64,000 nt of DNA, from positions 47,388 to 111,387 of the forward strand of contig MEXN01000007.1 in the NCBI GenBank assembly GCA_001773695.1. The letters are read 5' to 3'. Source of the DNA: Candidatus Amesbacteria bacterium RIFCSPLOWO2_01_FULL_48_25 (lineage in GTDB: Bacteria > Patescibacteriota > Microgenomatia > CAZETR01 > Amesbacteraceae). The notes under the pieces were generated by a model. It did not search any database, was not told where the DNA came from, and saw nothing but the letters and a program-made list of their open reading frames with translations. A program made the position numbers and the translations under genes. Below are positions 9,749-19,763 of this stretch, in pieces (position 1 is the stretch's first letter; each line of letters starts with the position of its first letter).

Positions 9749-12700
9749 TTAGACGTCCGGTTGGTCTTTAACAGTTACTTTGTCATCTACAGCTAAGGTG
9801 GACACCTGAGTGGCAGTTGTATCGTCGGCGATATTTAAGGGAGGGGTGGCGGCCGTGTCATCGGTAACCTTGGTTTGTACCCCGATGGGTACCACTTGAA
9901 GACTGAGGCTCTGCAACTCCTTGACCAGAACATTAAATGATTCCGGAACGGTTGACGTGGGGATGTCCGTGCCCTTGACGATGGCCTCGAAAGCTTTGGC
10001 ACGGCCGATAACATCGTCGGACTTGATGGTGAGCATTTCTTGAAGAGTGTGGGCGGCTTTGTGGCTCTCCAAGGCCCAAACTTCCATTTCTCCCAGTCGC
10101 TGACCGCCCATTTGAGCCTTGCCTCCCAAGGGTTGTTGAGTCACCAGTGAATATGGACCAGTGGAACGGGCATGAGTTTTGTCTTCCACCATGTGATGGA
10201 GTTTGAGAATATAGCCCACCCCAACCACCGTCGGTTGTTCATAAGGCAACCCGGTGCGACCGTCGTGGAGAGTGATTTTCCCGCTGGTTGGCAAATTGCT
10301 GGCTTGCATTTCGATTGCGATTTGATCCTCAGAAACTTTTTCAAACGCCGGGATGGAGACTTTGCGATGCTGTTTGTCCATCGCCCAGCCCAAACGGGCT
10401 TCCAGAAGTTGGCCCAAATTCATACGGGCCAGAACTGATAAGGGGGAAATCATTATATCTATGGGGGTTCCGTCGGGAAGGTAGGGCATGTCTGCCACGG
10501 GAACGATTTTACTGATGACTCCCTTGTTGCCGTGGCGTCCAGCCAGTTTGTCCCCGACACTGATTTTTCTGATTTGGGCAACCTTGACAATCACCCGCTG
10601 GTTGACTCCAGGGGGGAGCTCGTCACCGGCTTCTTTACTAAGTATATGTATATCGACTACAATCCCCCGCTCTCCGTGGGGCATGCGCAAAGAAGTGTCC
10701 CGGACGTCCCTGGCCTTCTCACCAAAAATGGCTCTGAGCAGGCGCTCCTCGGCCGAAAGTTCGGTCTCTCCTTTGGGGGCAATTTTGCCAACTAAGATAT
10801 CATTTGGGCTGACTTCAGAGCCGATGGCGACAATACCTTGAGCGTCCAGATGAGCTAGATAATTTTCACCGATATTGGGGATGTCACGGGTAAGTTCTTC
10901 CGGACCGAGTTTGGTGTCTACCACGTCTGCTTCATGCTCCTCGATATGAATGGAGGTTAAGAGATCTTCGGTGACTAATCTATCCGAGATAACAACAGCG
11001 TCCTCGTAGCCCAAGCCATCGTAAGAGTGATAGGCGATGACTAGGTTTTGGCCGAGGGCAATTTCGCCGTTTTGGCAGGAGGGTCCGTCAATAATGAGTT
11101 GGCCCTTGGCGATTTTCTGGCCGGTTGTGACCGTGGGAACTTGATTGAAGCAGGAACTTTGGGCCGTCCGTTTGAACTTGGTCAGATAGTAAATTTCGGT
11201 GTCGCCTTTGGAAACTATATTTTCAGTGTCCGGCGGAGGAGAGGCCGGCTTTTTATCCAGTTTAACAATGATTTTGGAAGCATCCACAAAAGAAACCGTG
11301 CCGGCATGACGAGCATAGACACACCAGTCCATGGCGGCTGCTACTGTTTGTTCCATGCCAGTGCCTACAACGGGGCTCGCGGGCTTAAGTAAAGGAACAG
11401 CTTGGGTTTGCATGTTGGCGCCCATCAGTGCCCGATTGGCAGCGTCGTTGGCTAGAAAAGGAATGAGAGAGGCGGAAGTGCCAACCACTTGGCGAGGTAC
11501 AGCATCTATATATTCCACCTGGCTAGCGGGTCCTTCGGAAAAAACGCCTTGATACCGGATGGGAAGCCACTCGTCTTGGATATAACCCTTTCCGTCCACT
11601 CGGACGTCAGAATGGGAGATGCGAAAGTTGGCCTCGTCGTCGGCAGTAAAATAGACAATTTCATTACCCAATCTGACTCCAGTGGTATCGGAAATTAGTT
11701 TTCGGTAAGGTGCTTCCAGAAAGCCATAGTCATTGACCCGGGCATAGAGGGCCATATAAGTGACAAGACCGATATTGGCGCCTTCTGGCGAACGGACCGG
11801 ATCGATACGACCATATTGGCTGCTATTAACGTCACGGATACTAAATGAGGCGCGTTCCCGGGTAATGCCCCCCCGGCCCATGACGGTCAGACGGCGGAGG
11901 TGATCGATTTCAGATAAGGGGTTGGTTTGTTCCAGAATCTGGGACAGTTGAGAGCTTCTAAAAAACTCGTTGATGGAGGCGATAACAGGACGAGCGTTGA
12001 CTAACATAGCCGGGACGACTAAATCTTCGGGCGAGACTAAACTCATCTTTTCTTTGATAGCCCGCTCGAGGCGCAGAAGCCCGTCTCTAAATGCGGTTTG
12101 GTTGACCAGCTCGCCTACCCGGCGGATGCGGCGATTACCCAGGTTGTCTATATCGTCAATGTGGCCCTGATCATTTTGTAGGCCAATAAGGTAGGAAATG
12201 GTGGCGACTAGATCGTCCCTGGTCAAAACGGTTTTATCTGAGGTGAGGTCCAGGCGTTTATTGAGTTTATACCTACCCACCTGGCCCAAATCATAGCGGC
12301 GAGGGTTGAAAAAGAGATCATAAAGGAGGCGTTGGGCGTTTTCCAGAACAATCGGCTCCCCGGGGCGCATTTTCTTGTATATTTCGATCAGGGCTTCCTC
12401 GGTAGTTTTGGTAGTATCTTTGCCCAGCGTCGCTTCCAGATAATGGTGATTGGCGTTTGTATCTACAGCGGCAAACAGGCTGGTTAGTTGGTCCGGATCA
12501 GATAGACCCATGGCCCGCAGGAGAGTGGTAACTACAAACTTGCGCCGGCGGTCGATACGAACAGAAATGACATTTGACCTAGAAATTTCGAACTCCAGCC
12601 AGGTGCCACGGATAGGGCGAAGTTCAGCAGTATGGAGCATCCGGCCTGAGGCGGCATCTAGTTCGGCGCCAAAATAGGCCCCTGGGGAACGGACGACTTG

Positions 12701-13087
12701 GTTGATGACCGCCCGCTCTACCCCATTGACTATAAATGTGCCCCGGTCGGTCATCTGGGGTAGTTCGCCTAAGTAAACTTCGCCGGAAGTGGTTTTGCCG
12801 GTTTGCTTATTGGTAAGCTTGGTCGTGACACGCAGGGCTGCCGAGTAAGTAAGTCCTTTTCGAAGGGCTGTCTGGGGGGTGATTTTGGGCTTTTCGATCG
12901 AGTGAGTGGAAAATTCCAGTAACCAATTTTTACTGGTAAAATCTTCGATGGGGGAAATTTCAGCTAGATTTTGAGGAATGCCCTTGGTCAAAAACCAGGC
13001 CCACGAGTCGAGCTGAACCCGGGTGAGGTTGAGAGTTGGGAGATTTGTGTATTGTCTCCCCCAATATATGCGCTGGTTGGCCGTCAT
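9749..13087 (-). CDS. rpoB: RNA polymerase beta subunit
   Basis: GDKLAGRHGNKGV, GGQRLGEMEVWALE. Confidence 0.99.
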   Translation of the reverse strand: MTANQRIYWGRQYTNLPTLNLTRVQLDSWAWFLTKGIPQNLAEISPIEDFTSKNWLLEFSTHSIEKPKITPQTALRKGLTYSAALRVTTKLTNKQTGKTTSGEVYLGELPQMTDRGTFIVNGVERAVINQVVRSPGAYFGAELDAASGRMLHTAELRPIRGTWLEFEISRSNVISVRIDRRRKFVVTTLLRAMGLSDPDQLTSLFAAVDTNANHHYLEATLGKDTTKTTEEALIEIYKKMRPGEPIVLENAQRLLYDLFFNPRRYDLGQVGRYKLNKRLDLTSDKTVLTRDDLVATISYLIGLQNDQGHIDDIDNLGNRRIRRVGELVNQTAFRDGLLRLERAIKEKMSLVSPEDLVVPAMLVNARPVIASINEFFRSSQLSQILEQTNPLSEIDHLRRLTVMGRGGITRERASFSIRDVNSSQYGRIDPVRSPEGANIGLVTYMALYARVNDYGFLEAPYRKLISDTTGVRLGNEIVYFTADDEANFRISHSDVRVDGKGYIQDEWLPIRYQGVFSEGPASQVEYIDAVPRQVVGTSASLIPFLANDAANRALMGANMQTQAVPLLKPASPVVGTGMEQTVAAAMDWCVYARHAGTVSFVDASKIIVKLDKKPASPPPDTENIVSKGDTEIYYLTKFKRTAQSSCFNQVPTVTTGQKIAKGQLIIDGPSCQNGEIALGQNLVIAYHSYDGLGYEDAVVISDRLVTEDLLTSIHIEEHEADVVDTKLGPEELTRDIPNIGENYLAHLDAQGIVAIGSEVSPNDILVGKIAPKGETELSAEERLLRAIFGEKARDVRDTSLRMPHGERGIVVDIHILSKEAGDELPPGVNQRVIVKVAQIRKISVGDKLAGRHGNKGVISKIVPVADMPYLPDGTPIDIMISPLSVLARMNLGQLLEARLGWAMDKQHRKVSIPAFEKVSEDQIAIEMQASNLPTSGKITLHDGRTGLPYEQPTVVGVGYILKLHHMVEDKTHARSTGPYSLVTQQPLGGKAQMGGQRLGEMEVWALESHKAAHTLQEMLTIKSDDVIGRAKAFEAIVKGTDIPTSTVPESFNVLVKELQSLSLQVVPIGVQTKVTDDTAATPPLNIADDTTATQVSTLAVDDKVTVKDQPDV

Positions 13088-13137
13088 TTGTAATCGTTAG
13101 TTAAACGAAGCACCCGAGGCAGGGGGCATTGGGACGC

Positions 13138-13165
13138 AAAAAACCAGGCGACAATGGCCGCCTAG
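13138..13165 (-). terminator. Intrinsic terminator/attenuator between mltG and rpoB
   Basis: Minus strand CTAGGCGGCC-ATT-GTCGCCTGG followed by TTTTTT. Confidence 0.75.
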
Positions 13166-13189
13166 GGTTATATATTCAGTTTGGTTATA

Positions 13190-14164
13190 TCAGGGCTTGA
13201 GATATTTGTCAACGTTTATATTGTGCTCGGTCAAGGTTTTGGCGTAATAAGTTACTCCGTCTGTTCCAGCAAGATAATACCAATAAGGCGAATCAACTGG
13301 AGCTAGGACAGCCTGGATGGATGCTAGGCCGGGATTGGCTATGGGGTGAGGAGGTAAGCCCACATTTTGGTAGGTATTAAAAACTGAGGAGAGTTTAGTA
13401 TCAAAGACCGGTTGCCAGAATTGACAGTTGACAGTTAACAGTTGACAGTTGGCGCTGTCACGGGCGTATTGAACGGTGGCATCGATTTGCAGCGGCCAGT
13501 TGTTTTTCAGGCGCTTTTGGATGATACCTGCGATTATCGGCCTGTCGACTGCCAGTTTAGCCTCGCGTTCTACCAGCGAAGCGATAATAAGCAAGTCTTG
13601 TTGGGAAGGAATTGAAAGGCCGGATTTGCGACGGAAATTTTCGGTCATGATGCGGATAACATCGGAGGCTTGAGATGTGGGAGAAAACCGATATGTATCG
13701 GGGAAAAGCTGCCCTTCTATCGAGGCGGTTTGGTAAACAAACTCAAGGGTGTCAAAATTTGGCAGATCACTACTTACGCGGAGGGCAATTTGTTCCCGGC
13801 GCCAGCCTTCAGGAAGAGTAATTTTGACGTCTTGGGGTCCGGTGGCGAGAGCCGCAAAAATTTCCTTGGCTGAAAGAGCCGGTGAGAGGGAGTATGAACC
13901 GGGACGAAGGCGGCTATCTAACCCCGTAAATTTAAGATAAACACGAGCGGCTAAAATGGAGCGGATGAGACCAGTAGTATGAAGACTGGAAACTGTCGTG
14001 AGAGCGGGTTGGTTTGGGGCAATATTAAAAGTTACTGAAGGGGAACCAGACGATCCTGCTGGGGAAAGCTGGGAGAAAATCCAGAAGTAGGAAAAGGTAA
14101 TTGAGGCTGCGGCGCAAAATCCTAAGAAGAGGGCAAGGATTAGGCTGAGGTTTTTTCCGGTCAC
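13190..14164 (-). CDS. mltG: Endolytic transglycosylase MltG/YceG
   Basis: TLPEG, EGQLFPDTY, ASLVERE, LQIDAT, NTYQNVGLPPHPIANPG. Confidence 0.96.
   Translation of the reverse strand: MTGKNLSLILALFLGFCAAASITFSYFWIFSQLSPAGSSGSPSVTFNIAPNQPALTTVSSLHTTGLIRSILAARVYLKFTGLDSRLRPGSYSLSPALSAKEIFAALATGPQDVKITLPEGWRREQIALRVSSDLPNFDTLEFVYQTASIEGQLFPDTYRFSPTSQASDVIRIMTENFRRKSGLSIPSQQDLLIIASLVEREAKLAVDRPIIAGIIQKRLKNNWPLQIDATVQYARDSANCQLLTVNCQFWQPVFDTKLSSVFNTYQNVGLPPHPIANPGLASIQAVLAPVDSPYWYYLAGTDGVTYYAKTLTEHNINVDKYLKP
13421..13451. repeat. 7-nt tandem repeat (TTGACAG)x4 in-frame in mltG
   Basis: Encodes NCQLLTVNCQ. Confidence 0.9.
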
Positions 14165-14361
14165 ACTTCCTCAAACAAGGCGCGGCGATATTTTCCAGAT
14201 TGGGCTTCCTTGACAAAAATCCGGCCGCATTTTTTGCAGGTAATTTTTTCGGTATCACCCTTTTTTTCTAATTTCCCAGTGGAAAGTTCCACACCACAAC
14301 CTACACAACGACCTTGAGACAAAAGCCATGCCTGAACGGGAGCGATGACGTTTTTGAACAC
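14161..14361 (-). CDS. Small zinc-ribbon protein (CxxC...CxxC)
   Basis: CVGC and CKKC; probable GTG start MFKNVIAPVQAWLLSQGRCVGCG; stop overlaps mltG start. Confidence 0.75.
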   Translation of the reverse strand: MFKNVIAPVQAWLLSQGRCVGCGVELSTGKLEKKGDTEKITCKKCGRIFVKEAQSGKYRRALFEEV

Positions 14362-14402
14362 TAGGATTACTTTACTATGTGGAATCCTGGGAGTCAACTT
14401 AA

Positions 14403-14461
14403 ATACCTCACCCCTGACCCCTCTCCTAAATTTAGGAGAGGGGAACTGAGGGGGAGAGGTT
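14403..14461. repeat. REP-like palindrome, family 2, supplying the ruvX stop
   Basis: ACCTCACCCCTGACCCCTCTCCTAAA/TTTAGGAGAGGGGAACTGAGGGGGAGAGGT; relatives at 21412 and 33918. Confidence 0.85.
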
Positions 14462-14821
14462 AGAATCGAGCCAAGATTGCAAGATTATGGCTGCGGCTAC
14501 AGCGTGCTCGTTGGTTTTGCGTCTTTTTTGTGAAGTATGTAGGAGAGATTGACGGGAGTCGTGAGATGAAAGAGTCTCATCAACAATATTTAATGTTAAA
14601 TGTTTAATGTCTAATGCTTTGATAAATTCTTCAAAATCTTTCTTTAACTTTTTATCCGGGCGGCCGATAATTATTGTTCGGATGGAATTATCATCGACTA
14701 ATTGTTTAATTAACTGAACTGCGGATTTGGTAGGTAAAGTGGTCAACGGCTCGGCCAAAGGGCCAGTAGCCAGAGCAACTCCGACGTGTTTTAGCCCATA
14801 ATCGAGACCCAGGCAATTCAT
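14432..14821 (-). CDS. ruvX: Holliday junction resolvase-like RuvX/YqgF
   Basis: LGLDYGLKHVGVA, VDETLSS, AAAIILQSWL. Confidence 0.93.
   Translation of the reverse strand: MNCLGLDYGLKHVGVALATGPLAEPLTTLPTKSAVQLIKQLVDDNSIRTIIIGRPDKKLKKDFEEFIKALDIKHLTLNIVDETLSSHDSRQSLLHTSQKRRKTNEHAVAAAIILQSWLDSNLSPSVPLS
14585..14619. repeat. 7-nt tandem repeat (AATGTTW-like)x5 in-frame in ruvX
   Basis: AATATTT AATGTTA AATGTTT AATGTCT AATGCTT, encoding ALDIKHLTLNI. Confidence 0.85.
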
Positions 14822-14826
14822 ACTAG

Positions 14827-15498
14827 TTAGTTTACCAGTTCGGCGGTGGCTACGAAGCGGCGCCAGTAAGTGCCTAGGGGGACGCAGGTGACGAGGGTTA
14901 GCTGCCTTTTCGATTTGTTTTGAGTCAAAACGTCGATTTGAGACGGAGCGACTTCGCGAGTCGATTTGATCAGATATTTGTAAGTGACTGAGTCGTATTT
15001 AACTGTAATTTGGGCGCCAACTTTAATCTCGGGCAGGGGATTAAAAATGGTCAGGGGATTTCCTTCCCGATATAAATAGGGCGAGGACGAGTGGCCGAAA
15101 ATGACGACGTTTCCAGATTCTCCGGGAAATGCCGTACCGGGAAAATGAACAGCGCCTTTTTTTAAGTCGACGCTATTAACTGAAACCGGAATTCCGTTTA
15201 GACCTATATCTGGAATCGATAAAGCAAAACTGGTTGATTTGGCTGCGGACGGCTTCTGGGGGGTGGACGCCGGAAACCAGTTGGTGGCTTGGGTGAGATC
15301 GGCTGTGGGCATCCCTTGGGGATAAATAATCAGGAACGGCCGGCGACCGGAGGGAACCGTGGGGTCGATCAGGCGGGACTCGGGTGAAAAATAATATTTT
15401 ACCTGGGCGGAAATTATAGGAAAAGTGGCGAGGCCAAGCAAAGCCAGCCCTAGGCTGAAAAGCACGAAACCCAGCGCCTTTGGACGGATAAGAGTCAT
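14827..15498 (-). CDS. Sortase (class D/E-like)
   Basis: N-terminal TM; GNVVIFGH, LTLVTC and R catalytic triad. Confidence 0.92.
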   Translation of the reverse strand: MTLIRPKALGFVLFSLGLALLGLATFPIISAQVKYYFSPESRLIDPTVPSGRRPFLIIYPQGMPTADLTQATNWFPASTPQKPSAAKSTSFALSIPDIGLNGIPVSVNSVDLKKGAVHFPGTAFPGESGNVVIFGHSSSPYLYREGNPLTIFNPLPEIKVGAQITVKYDSVTYKYLIKSTREVAPSQIDVLTQNKSKRQLTLVTCVPLGTYWRRFVATAELVN

Positions 15499-17574
15499 TT
15501 ATGGAGTCTGGATCGAGACGGTGATATGTCCAGGGAGACGAGGGAGAAAGACAATGGGGTCCGGCAAGGGTAAGCTATAAGTAATTTGGGCACCAGTGAC
15601 GCCGGGATATGAATTGAGGTGGTTTCTGGCCCAGGCGATATTTTTGCCCGCGATCTGAGAGACAATTTGGCTAGAGTCGACTTGAGGCGTAAACCGGGCA
15701 GAAACATTAGTAAATACCGTATTTTCAGACCCGGTAGAACCACGCACTGAAAAACGATAATTTGTCAACTGCCCCAGTTGATAGTTATCGGGGATTTGAT
15801 CTTGCAACTTTTGCTGGACAAGCTCTTCCAGGTTGGATCTGGATACGACCGGGCTTTGGGCTTTAAGAGTGAGCTTGTAGGTGATTTCATTGGCTTCATC
15901 TCCTGTTTTGTGATTTAATTCTTCAGATGTGGTTTGGCTTGTGAAGGTATCCGGGACCAAGATCTGGTCGGGGGTTAATTCTTCGGTAATTTTGGCTTGA
16001 AGAGCTTCGCGAAGTTGGGACATGAGGGTGGATTTGAGCTGGGAAATATCCTCCTGAGCCACAACCCGAGCTTCCCTACTTGAGCCGCCCGAGAGGGCAG
16101 CCTCATTTTTGGCCACCACGTCCAGCTGAGGATAAGTGCCAACACGAAACTCAGTGCCGGCTGTAAGGTTGCCATCAGAGCCAATTTGAGAAGCGGTGAT
16201 CTTGACTGTGACACGGCCTGGTTGGTAGGAATTGGGGTCGGCGGTACCTGAGGCAGAGGCTACCAAGACGCTTGAGTCGGTTGTGAATTTTAGGCTCGTC
16301 GGGGAAGTCAGCAGCGTGCCCGCGGGTAAGTTTTTGACGGTGCTGGTGCCATTTATTATGGTGACAGATCCGGAAGCTGGCTCGCCAACTACTTTGGATC
16401 CGGTGGTAGGAGCGGATTTGGAATCGGATGCCGAGGTTTGTACAAAACTGCCAGTTGTATCGAATTCGGTTGACAAATCCAGGGGAGAAATTTGCAATTC
16501 GACCTTGGCGGATGGTAGATAAAGCGTAGCTAAAACGAGGGCGGCCAAAATGGTAATTATGCCAATCCCCCAAAAAACTAGCCCGAGACGGGGGAGTGTT
16601 GGCCAAGATATGGTAAATGATGGTAATTTGAATTGAGGAAGTTTTAGCTTTGGCAAAGTAAATCGCTTTGATGCGGGGGAGAGCTCATTTTTGGGAGGAG
16701 GGGGAATGGAGGGAGAAGGCGGGGAATTTGGGTTCGGAGCATTTACTCCGGGAGAAAATCCAAGTTGATCTGGAGAAATTTCTAGCGAAGTTTCTTCTCC
16801 CGTGGTGATTAGACCTATGGCTTGGGCGACTTCGGAACCACCTGCCAGGGCAATGGCCCGAATTACAAAATCTTGGGGTAGGGACTCCACCTTGGGAAAA
16901 TGCAGAAATGGCAATCTGGTTTGGGGGGATTGCCAGGGATGAGAGAGTAATTGTTGGCGAATGCTTTCTAGATCCTGGCTGGAATTGTAAAGCAAAATCC
17001 GAGAGGGGAGCATGTCTGTGGGTAAGAGTCGGGAAATGCCTTCGATAACATCGTCTGTGAGCTTGGGGCTGCGACGGACAGTGTGAGTTCCGGTAATCTT
17101 ACCCAAACGAACCAATGAGACTTCCAGATATCCGGCCCAGAAACCCAAGAGGATGGCCGTGGGGGGGGCATTTTCCTGGCTTTGCAAAAAACGGACGGTG
17201 GCTTCGGGGATAACCACATAACCAACTGGTTTGAGAGCCAGTTTGTCAAAAAGCGGACGCAGTAAATTTACTTTGGCGGGATGGATTTTTTCCGTTTCCA
17301 ACCAATCCGGTAATAGTCCTAAAATGATTTTTTCGGGTTGGGTTTTACCCTGGGGATCGAGGTGGTTGCCTGCGTCTGACAGGCTTTGATCGCTGGCTGT
17401 GACCAAGCTATCAGCAGACGAATCGTCCCAGGCGACGCTGCTTCCTACGGCTATAACTTGAGGCCGATTATTGATGACTGCCCAGACGGCACCTTGCACT
17501 TGGCCGTGGCCAATCTGCAAGGCGAAGAGGTATTCGCGTTTGGGATTGGGGTGATTTAAGAAAGGCAGGGTCAT
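15499..17574 (-). CDS. Bitopic protein: degenerate FtsA/actin-like N-domain, Pro-rich linker, TM, baseplate-J-like extracellular domain
   Basis: Architecture read from translation (LFALQIG...VQGAVW; TM ~330-352; ASGSVTIIN...LPAGT...VTVKITASQIGSDGNL...GG). Confidence 0.65.
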   Translation of the reverse strand: MTLPFLNHPNPKREYLFALQIGHGQVQGAVWAVINNRPQVIAVGSSVAWDDSSADSLVTASDQSLSDAGNHLDPQGKTQPEKIILGLLPDWLETEKIHPAKVNLLRPLFDKLALKPVGYVVIPEATVRFLQSQENAPPTAILLGFWAGYLEVSLVRLGKITGTHTVRRSPKLTDDVIEGISRLLPTDMLPSRILLYNSSQDLESIRQQLLSHPWQSPQTRLPFLHFPKVESLPQDFVIRAIALAGGSEVAQAIGLITTGEETSLEISPDQLGFSPGVNAPNPNSPPSPSIPPPPKNELSPASKRFTLPKLKLPQFKLPSFTISWPTLPRLGLVFWGIGIITILAALVLATLYLPSAKVELQISPLDLSTEFDTTGSFVQTSASDSKSAPTTGSKVVGEPASGSVTIINGTSTVKNLPAGTLLTSPTSLKFTTDSSVLVASASGTADPNSYQPGRVTVKITASQIGSDGNLTAGTEFRVGTYPQLDVVAKNEAALSGGSSREARVVAQEDISQLKSTLMSQLREALQAKITEELTPDQILVPDTFTSQTTSEELNHKTGDEANEITYKLTLKAQSPVVSRSNLEELVQQKLQDQIPDNYQLGQLTNYRFSVRGSTGSENTVFTNVSARFTPQVDSSQIVSQIAGKNIAWARNHLNSYPGVTGAQITYSLPLPDPIVFLPRLPGHITVSIQTP

Positions 17575-17579
17575 TAAAA

Positions 17580-17602
17580 AATTTCTAATTTCTAATTTCT
17601 AA
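17580..17602. repeat. 7-nt tandem repeat (AATTTCT)x3 at alaS stop
   Basis: Directly visible. Confidence 0.8.
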
Positions 17603-19347
17603 ACAATTCTTGCATATATTCTCCGAGTGCCTGATCCTAACGACTCCTCCTTGAATATTTTAATACTGCCAATCTCGGCTGTCGAATTTACATGAGGCCC
17701 GCCGCAGAGTTCTTTGGAAAAACCGCCAATTGAATAGACGTTGGCGATATCGGGGTATTTCTCTGGGAAGAAGGCGAGCGCCCCTTCGGCCAGGGCTTGC
17801 TTTTTTTGCATTTCGACTTTGGTCACTGGAATATCCTCAGCTATTTTTTGGTTAATTAACTCTTCCACCTGAATTATTTGTTGATTTGTTAATTTGTCAG
17901 GATGGGAAAAATCAAAACGCAATCTTTCAGCAGTAATATTGCTGCCGGCCTGATGAACGTGATCGCCCAAAACCTGGCGGAGGGCGGCGTGCAACAAGTG
18001 GGTGGCGGTGTGATACTTGGTGGTAATTTCAGACCGGTCCTGCAACCCGCCCTTAAACATGCCCTTGGAGGCAGTACGGGAAAGATCTTGATGTTCTTTT
18101 AATTCTGCCTCGAACTCATTTTCATCAAACTCGATATTTCTTTTCTCGTATAAGTCTTCTATCACCTCTCTTGGGAATCCATAGGATTGATATAAGTCAA
18201 AAGATGGGGCGTTTCCTAGCAGCTTAATTCCAGCTTCGAGAGTTTTATTAAATTTTGTTAACTCATTTTCAATTTCATCAATAATGTCCTTCTTGTTTTT
18301 TAGTAATGTGGGGTATGTGTTTGAATATTCATTTACAAATGCGCTTGTTAGCAACGTGACAATTCCGTTTTCTAAATCACAATTTGCAATTTTTGCGTGT
18401 GCGGCTGCACGTCGTATTAATCGTCTTAACACGTAGCCCTTGTCTTTATTAGATGGAGCAACTCCGCTATCTATAAGAAACATTGCTGCCCTAATGTGGT
18501 CAAGAATAATTCTTAAACCTCTTGAGTCGTCTATAATTTCGTCTTCAAGAACCTTCTTTGCGCTTATAAAAAAGTCTGTTTTAAAAATATCTGGGTCGTT
18601 GTATGCTGCAGCAGTGAGACGTTCTAAGCCCCCACCGAAATCAACATTTTTTTGGGGCAATTCTTTTAAAGACCCGTCGGCTTGTTTCTGGTATTGCATG
18701 AAAACCGAATTGCCGATCTCCAAGAAACGACCGCATTCACAATTGGGATGACATTCACTTCCAAATTTTGGGTCGTGAGGAACTTCGGTAAATTCGTAAA
18801 ATACTTCCGAGTCCGGTCCGCCCGGTTCTCCTGCTGGCATTAAATCTGGGACTCCCGAACGGGACCACCAATTTTTTTTAACTCCGTAATGGAAAATCTT
18901 ATTTTCTGAAATACCGAGTTTTTTCCAAATACCTGCTGATTCATCGTCACGGGGAACTGATACATCGCCTTCGAAAACCGAGACATAGAGCCTATCTTTG
19001 GAGAGACTTACTTCTGAGGTCAAAAATTCGTAAAACCAAGCCAGTTGTTCTTCTTTGAAATAATCGCCCAGAGACCAATTGCCAAGCATTTCAAAAAATG
19101 TGGTATGGCGGTTATCTCCAACCTCCTCGATATCCTGGGTGCGAATGCATTTTTGACTGTTAACAAGCCTGGTTCCGGAGGGATGAGGTTGGCCTAATAA
19201 ATTTAAGACTAGGGGTTGCATGCCACTTGAGGTAAATAATGTCGTGGGGTCGTTTTCGGGGATGAGTGGTGCCGAAGGAATAATTTTGTGTCCCCTGCTC
19301 TCAAAAAATTTCAAGTATTTCTGTCTAATTTCATTAGCTGAAATCAT
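17599..19347 (-). CDS. alaS: Alanine--tRNA ligase (short form lacking C-Ala)
   Basis: DPTTLFTSSGMQPL, HTTFFEMLGNWS, HTATHLLH, ELCGGPH. Confidence 0.98.
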   Translation of the reverse strand: MISANEIRQKYLKFFESRGHKIIPSAPLIPENDPTTLFTSSGMQPLVLNLLGQPHPSGTRLVNSQKCIRTQDIEEVGDNRHTTFFEMLGNWSLGDYFKEEQLAWFYEFLTSEVSLSKDRLYVSVFEGDVSVPRDDESAGIWKKLGISENKIFHYGVKKNWWSRSGVPDLMPAGEPGGPDSEVFYEFTEVPHDPKFGSECHPNCECGRFLEIGNSVFMQYQKQADGSLKELPQKNVDFGGGLERLTAAAYNDPDIFKTDFFISAKKVLEDEIIDDSRGLRIILDHIRAAMFLIDSGVAPSNKDKGYVLRRLIRRAAAHAKIANCDLENGIVTLLTSAFVNEYSNTYPTLLKNKKDIIDEIENELTKFNKTLEAGIKLLGNAPSFDLYQSYGFPREVIEDLYEKRNIEFDENEFEAELKEHQDLSRTASKGMFKGGLQDRSEITTKYHTATHLLHAALRQVLGDHVHQAGSNITAERLRFDFSHPDKLTNQQIIQVEELINQKIAEDIPVTKVEMQKKQALAEGALAFFPEKYPDIANVYSIGGFSKELCGGPHVNSTAEIGSIKIFKEESLGSGTRRIYARIV

Positions 19348-19383
19348 GGCCTCATTTTATCTTTTGTATTATACTTTAAGCAA

Positions 19384-19755
19384 ATGAGGCTTCGGCTGCT
19401 TCTGATGTTGCTGTTAATTTCAGGATTGGCAATTTTATTCGCTCCGATTCCTCTCATTCTCCAAGAGTCGGCACAATGCATGCCGTGTGAGCTCAATCTT
19501 TCCCCCTCTCAATGTCCCAGATGTCCACAAAAAGGAGACATAGAATGGAAACCATCGTTGGCTCTCATAATTTGGGGTCGGTTAACTAGAACATACCAAG
19601 AAGGTGAAATGGAACGCTCTCCTACCACAGGTAAGAAGGATTGTAATTACAATGGGGTCGATTATAAAGATGGAGAAGGGTTTGGCGCCGATGACGGCTG
19701 TAACGTTTGTTCGTGTGATGATGGTTTTGTGAAGTGCACGTTAATAGCTTGTTAG
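19384..19755 (+). CDS. Secreted/membrane Cys-rich protein with C-terminal pacifastin/VWC-like domain
   Basis: Signal peptide; C-x9-G-x8-CNVCSC-x6-CTLIAC. Confidence 0.7.
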   Translation: MRLRLLLMLLLISGLAILFAPIPLILQESAQCMPCELNLSPSQCPRCPQKGDIEWKPSLALIIWGRLTRTYQEGEMERSPTTGKKDCNYNGVDYKDGEGFGADDGCNVCSCDDGFVKCTLIAC

Positions 19756-19763
19756 TAAAAATC

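Noticed and set aside
15499..17574. Prophage or contractile injection system suggested by the baseplate-J-like domain
   Set aside because: No sheath, tube, spike or capsid genes nearby; the gene is embedded in a housekeeping operon
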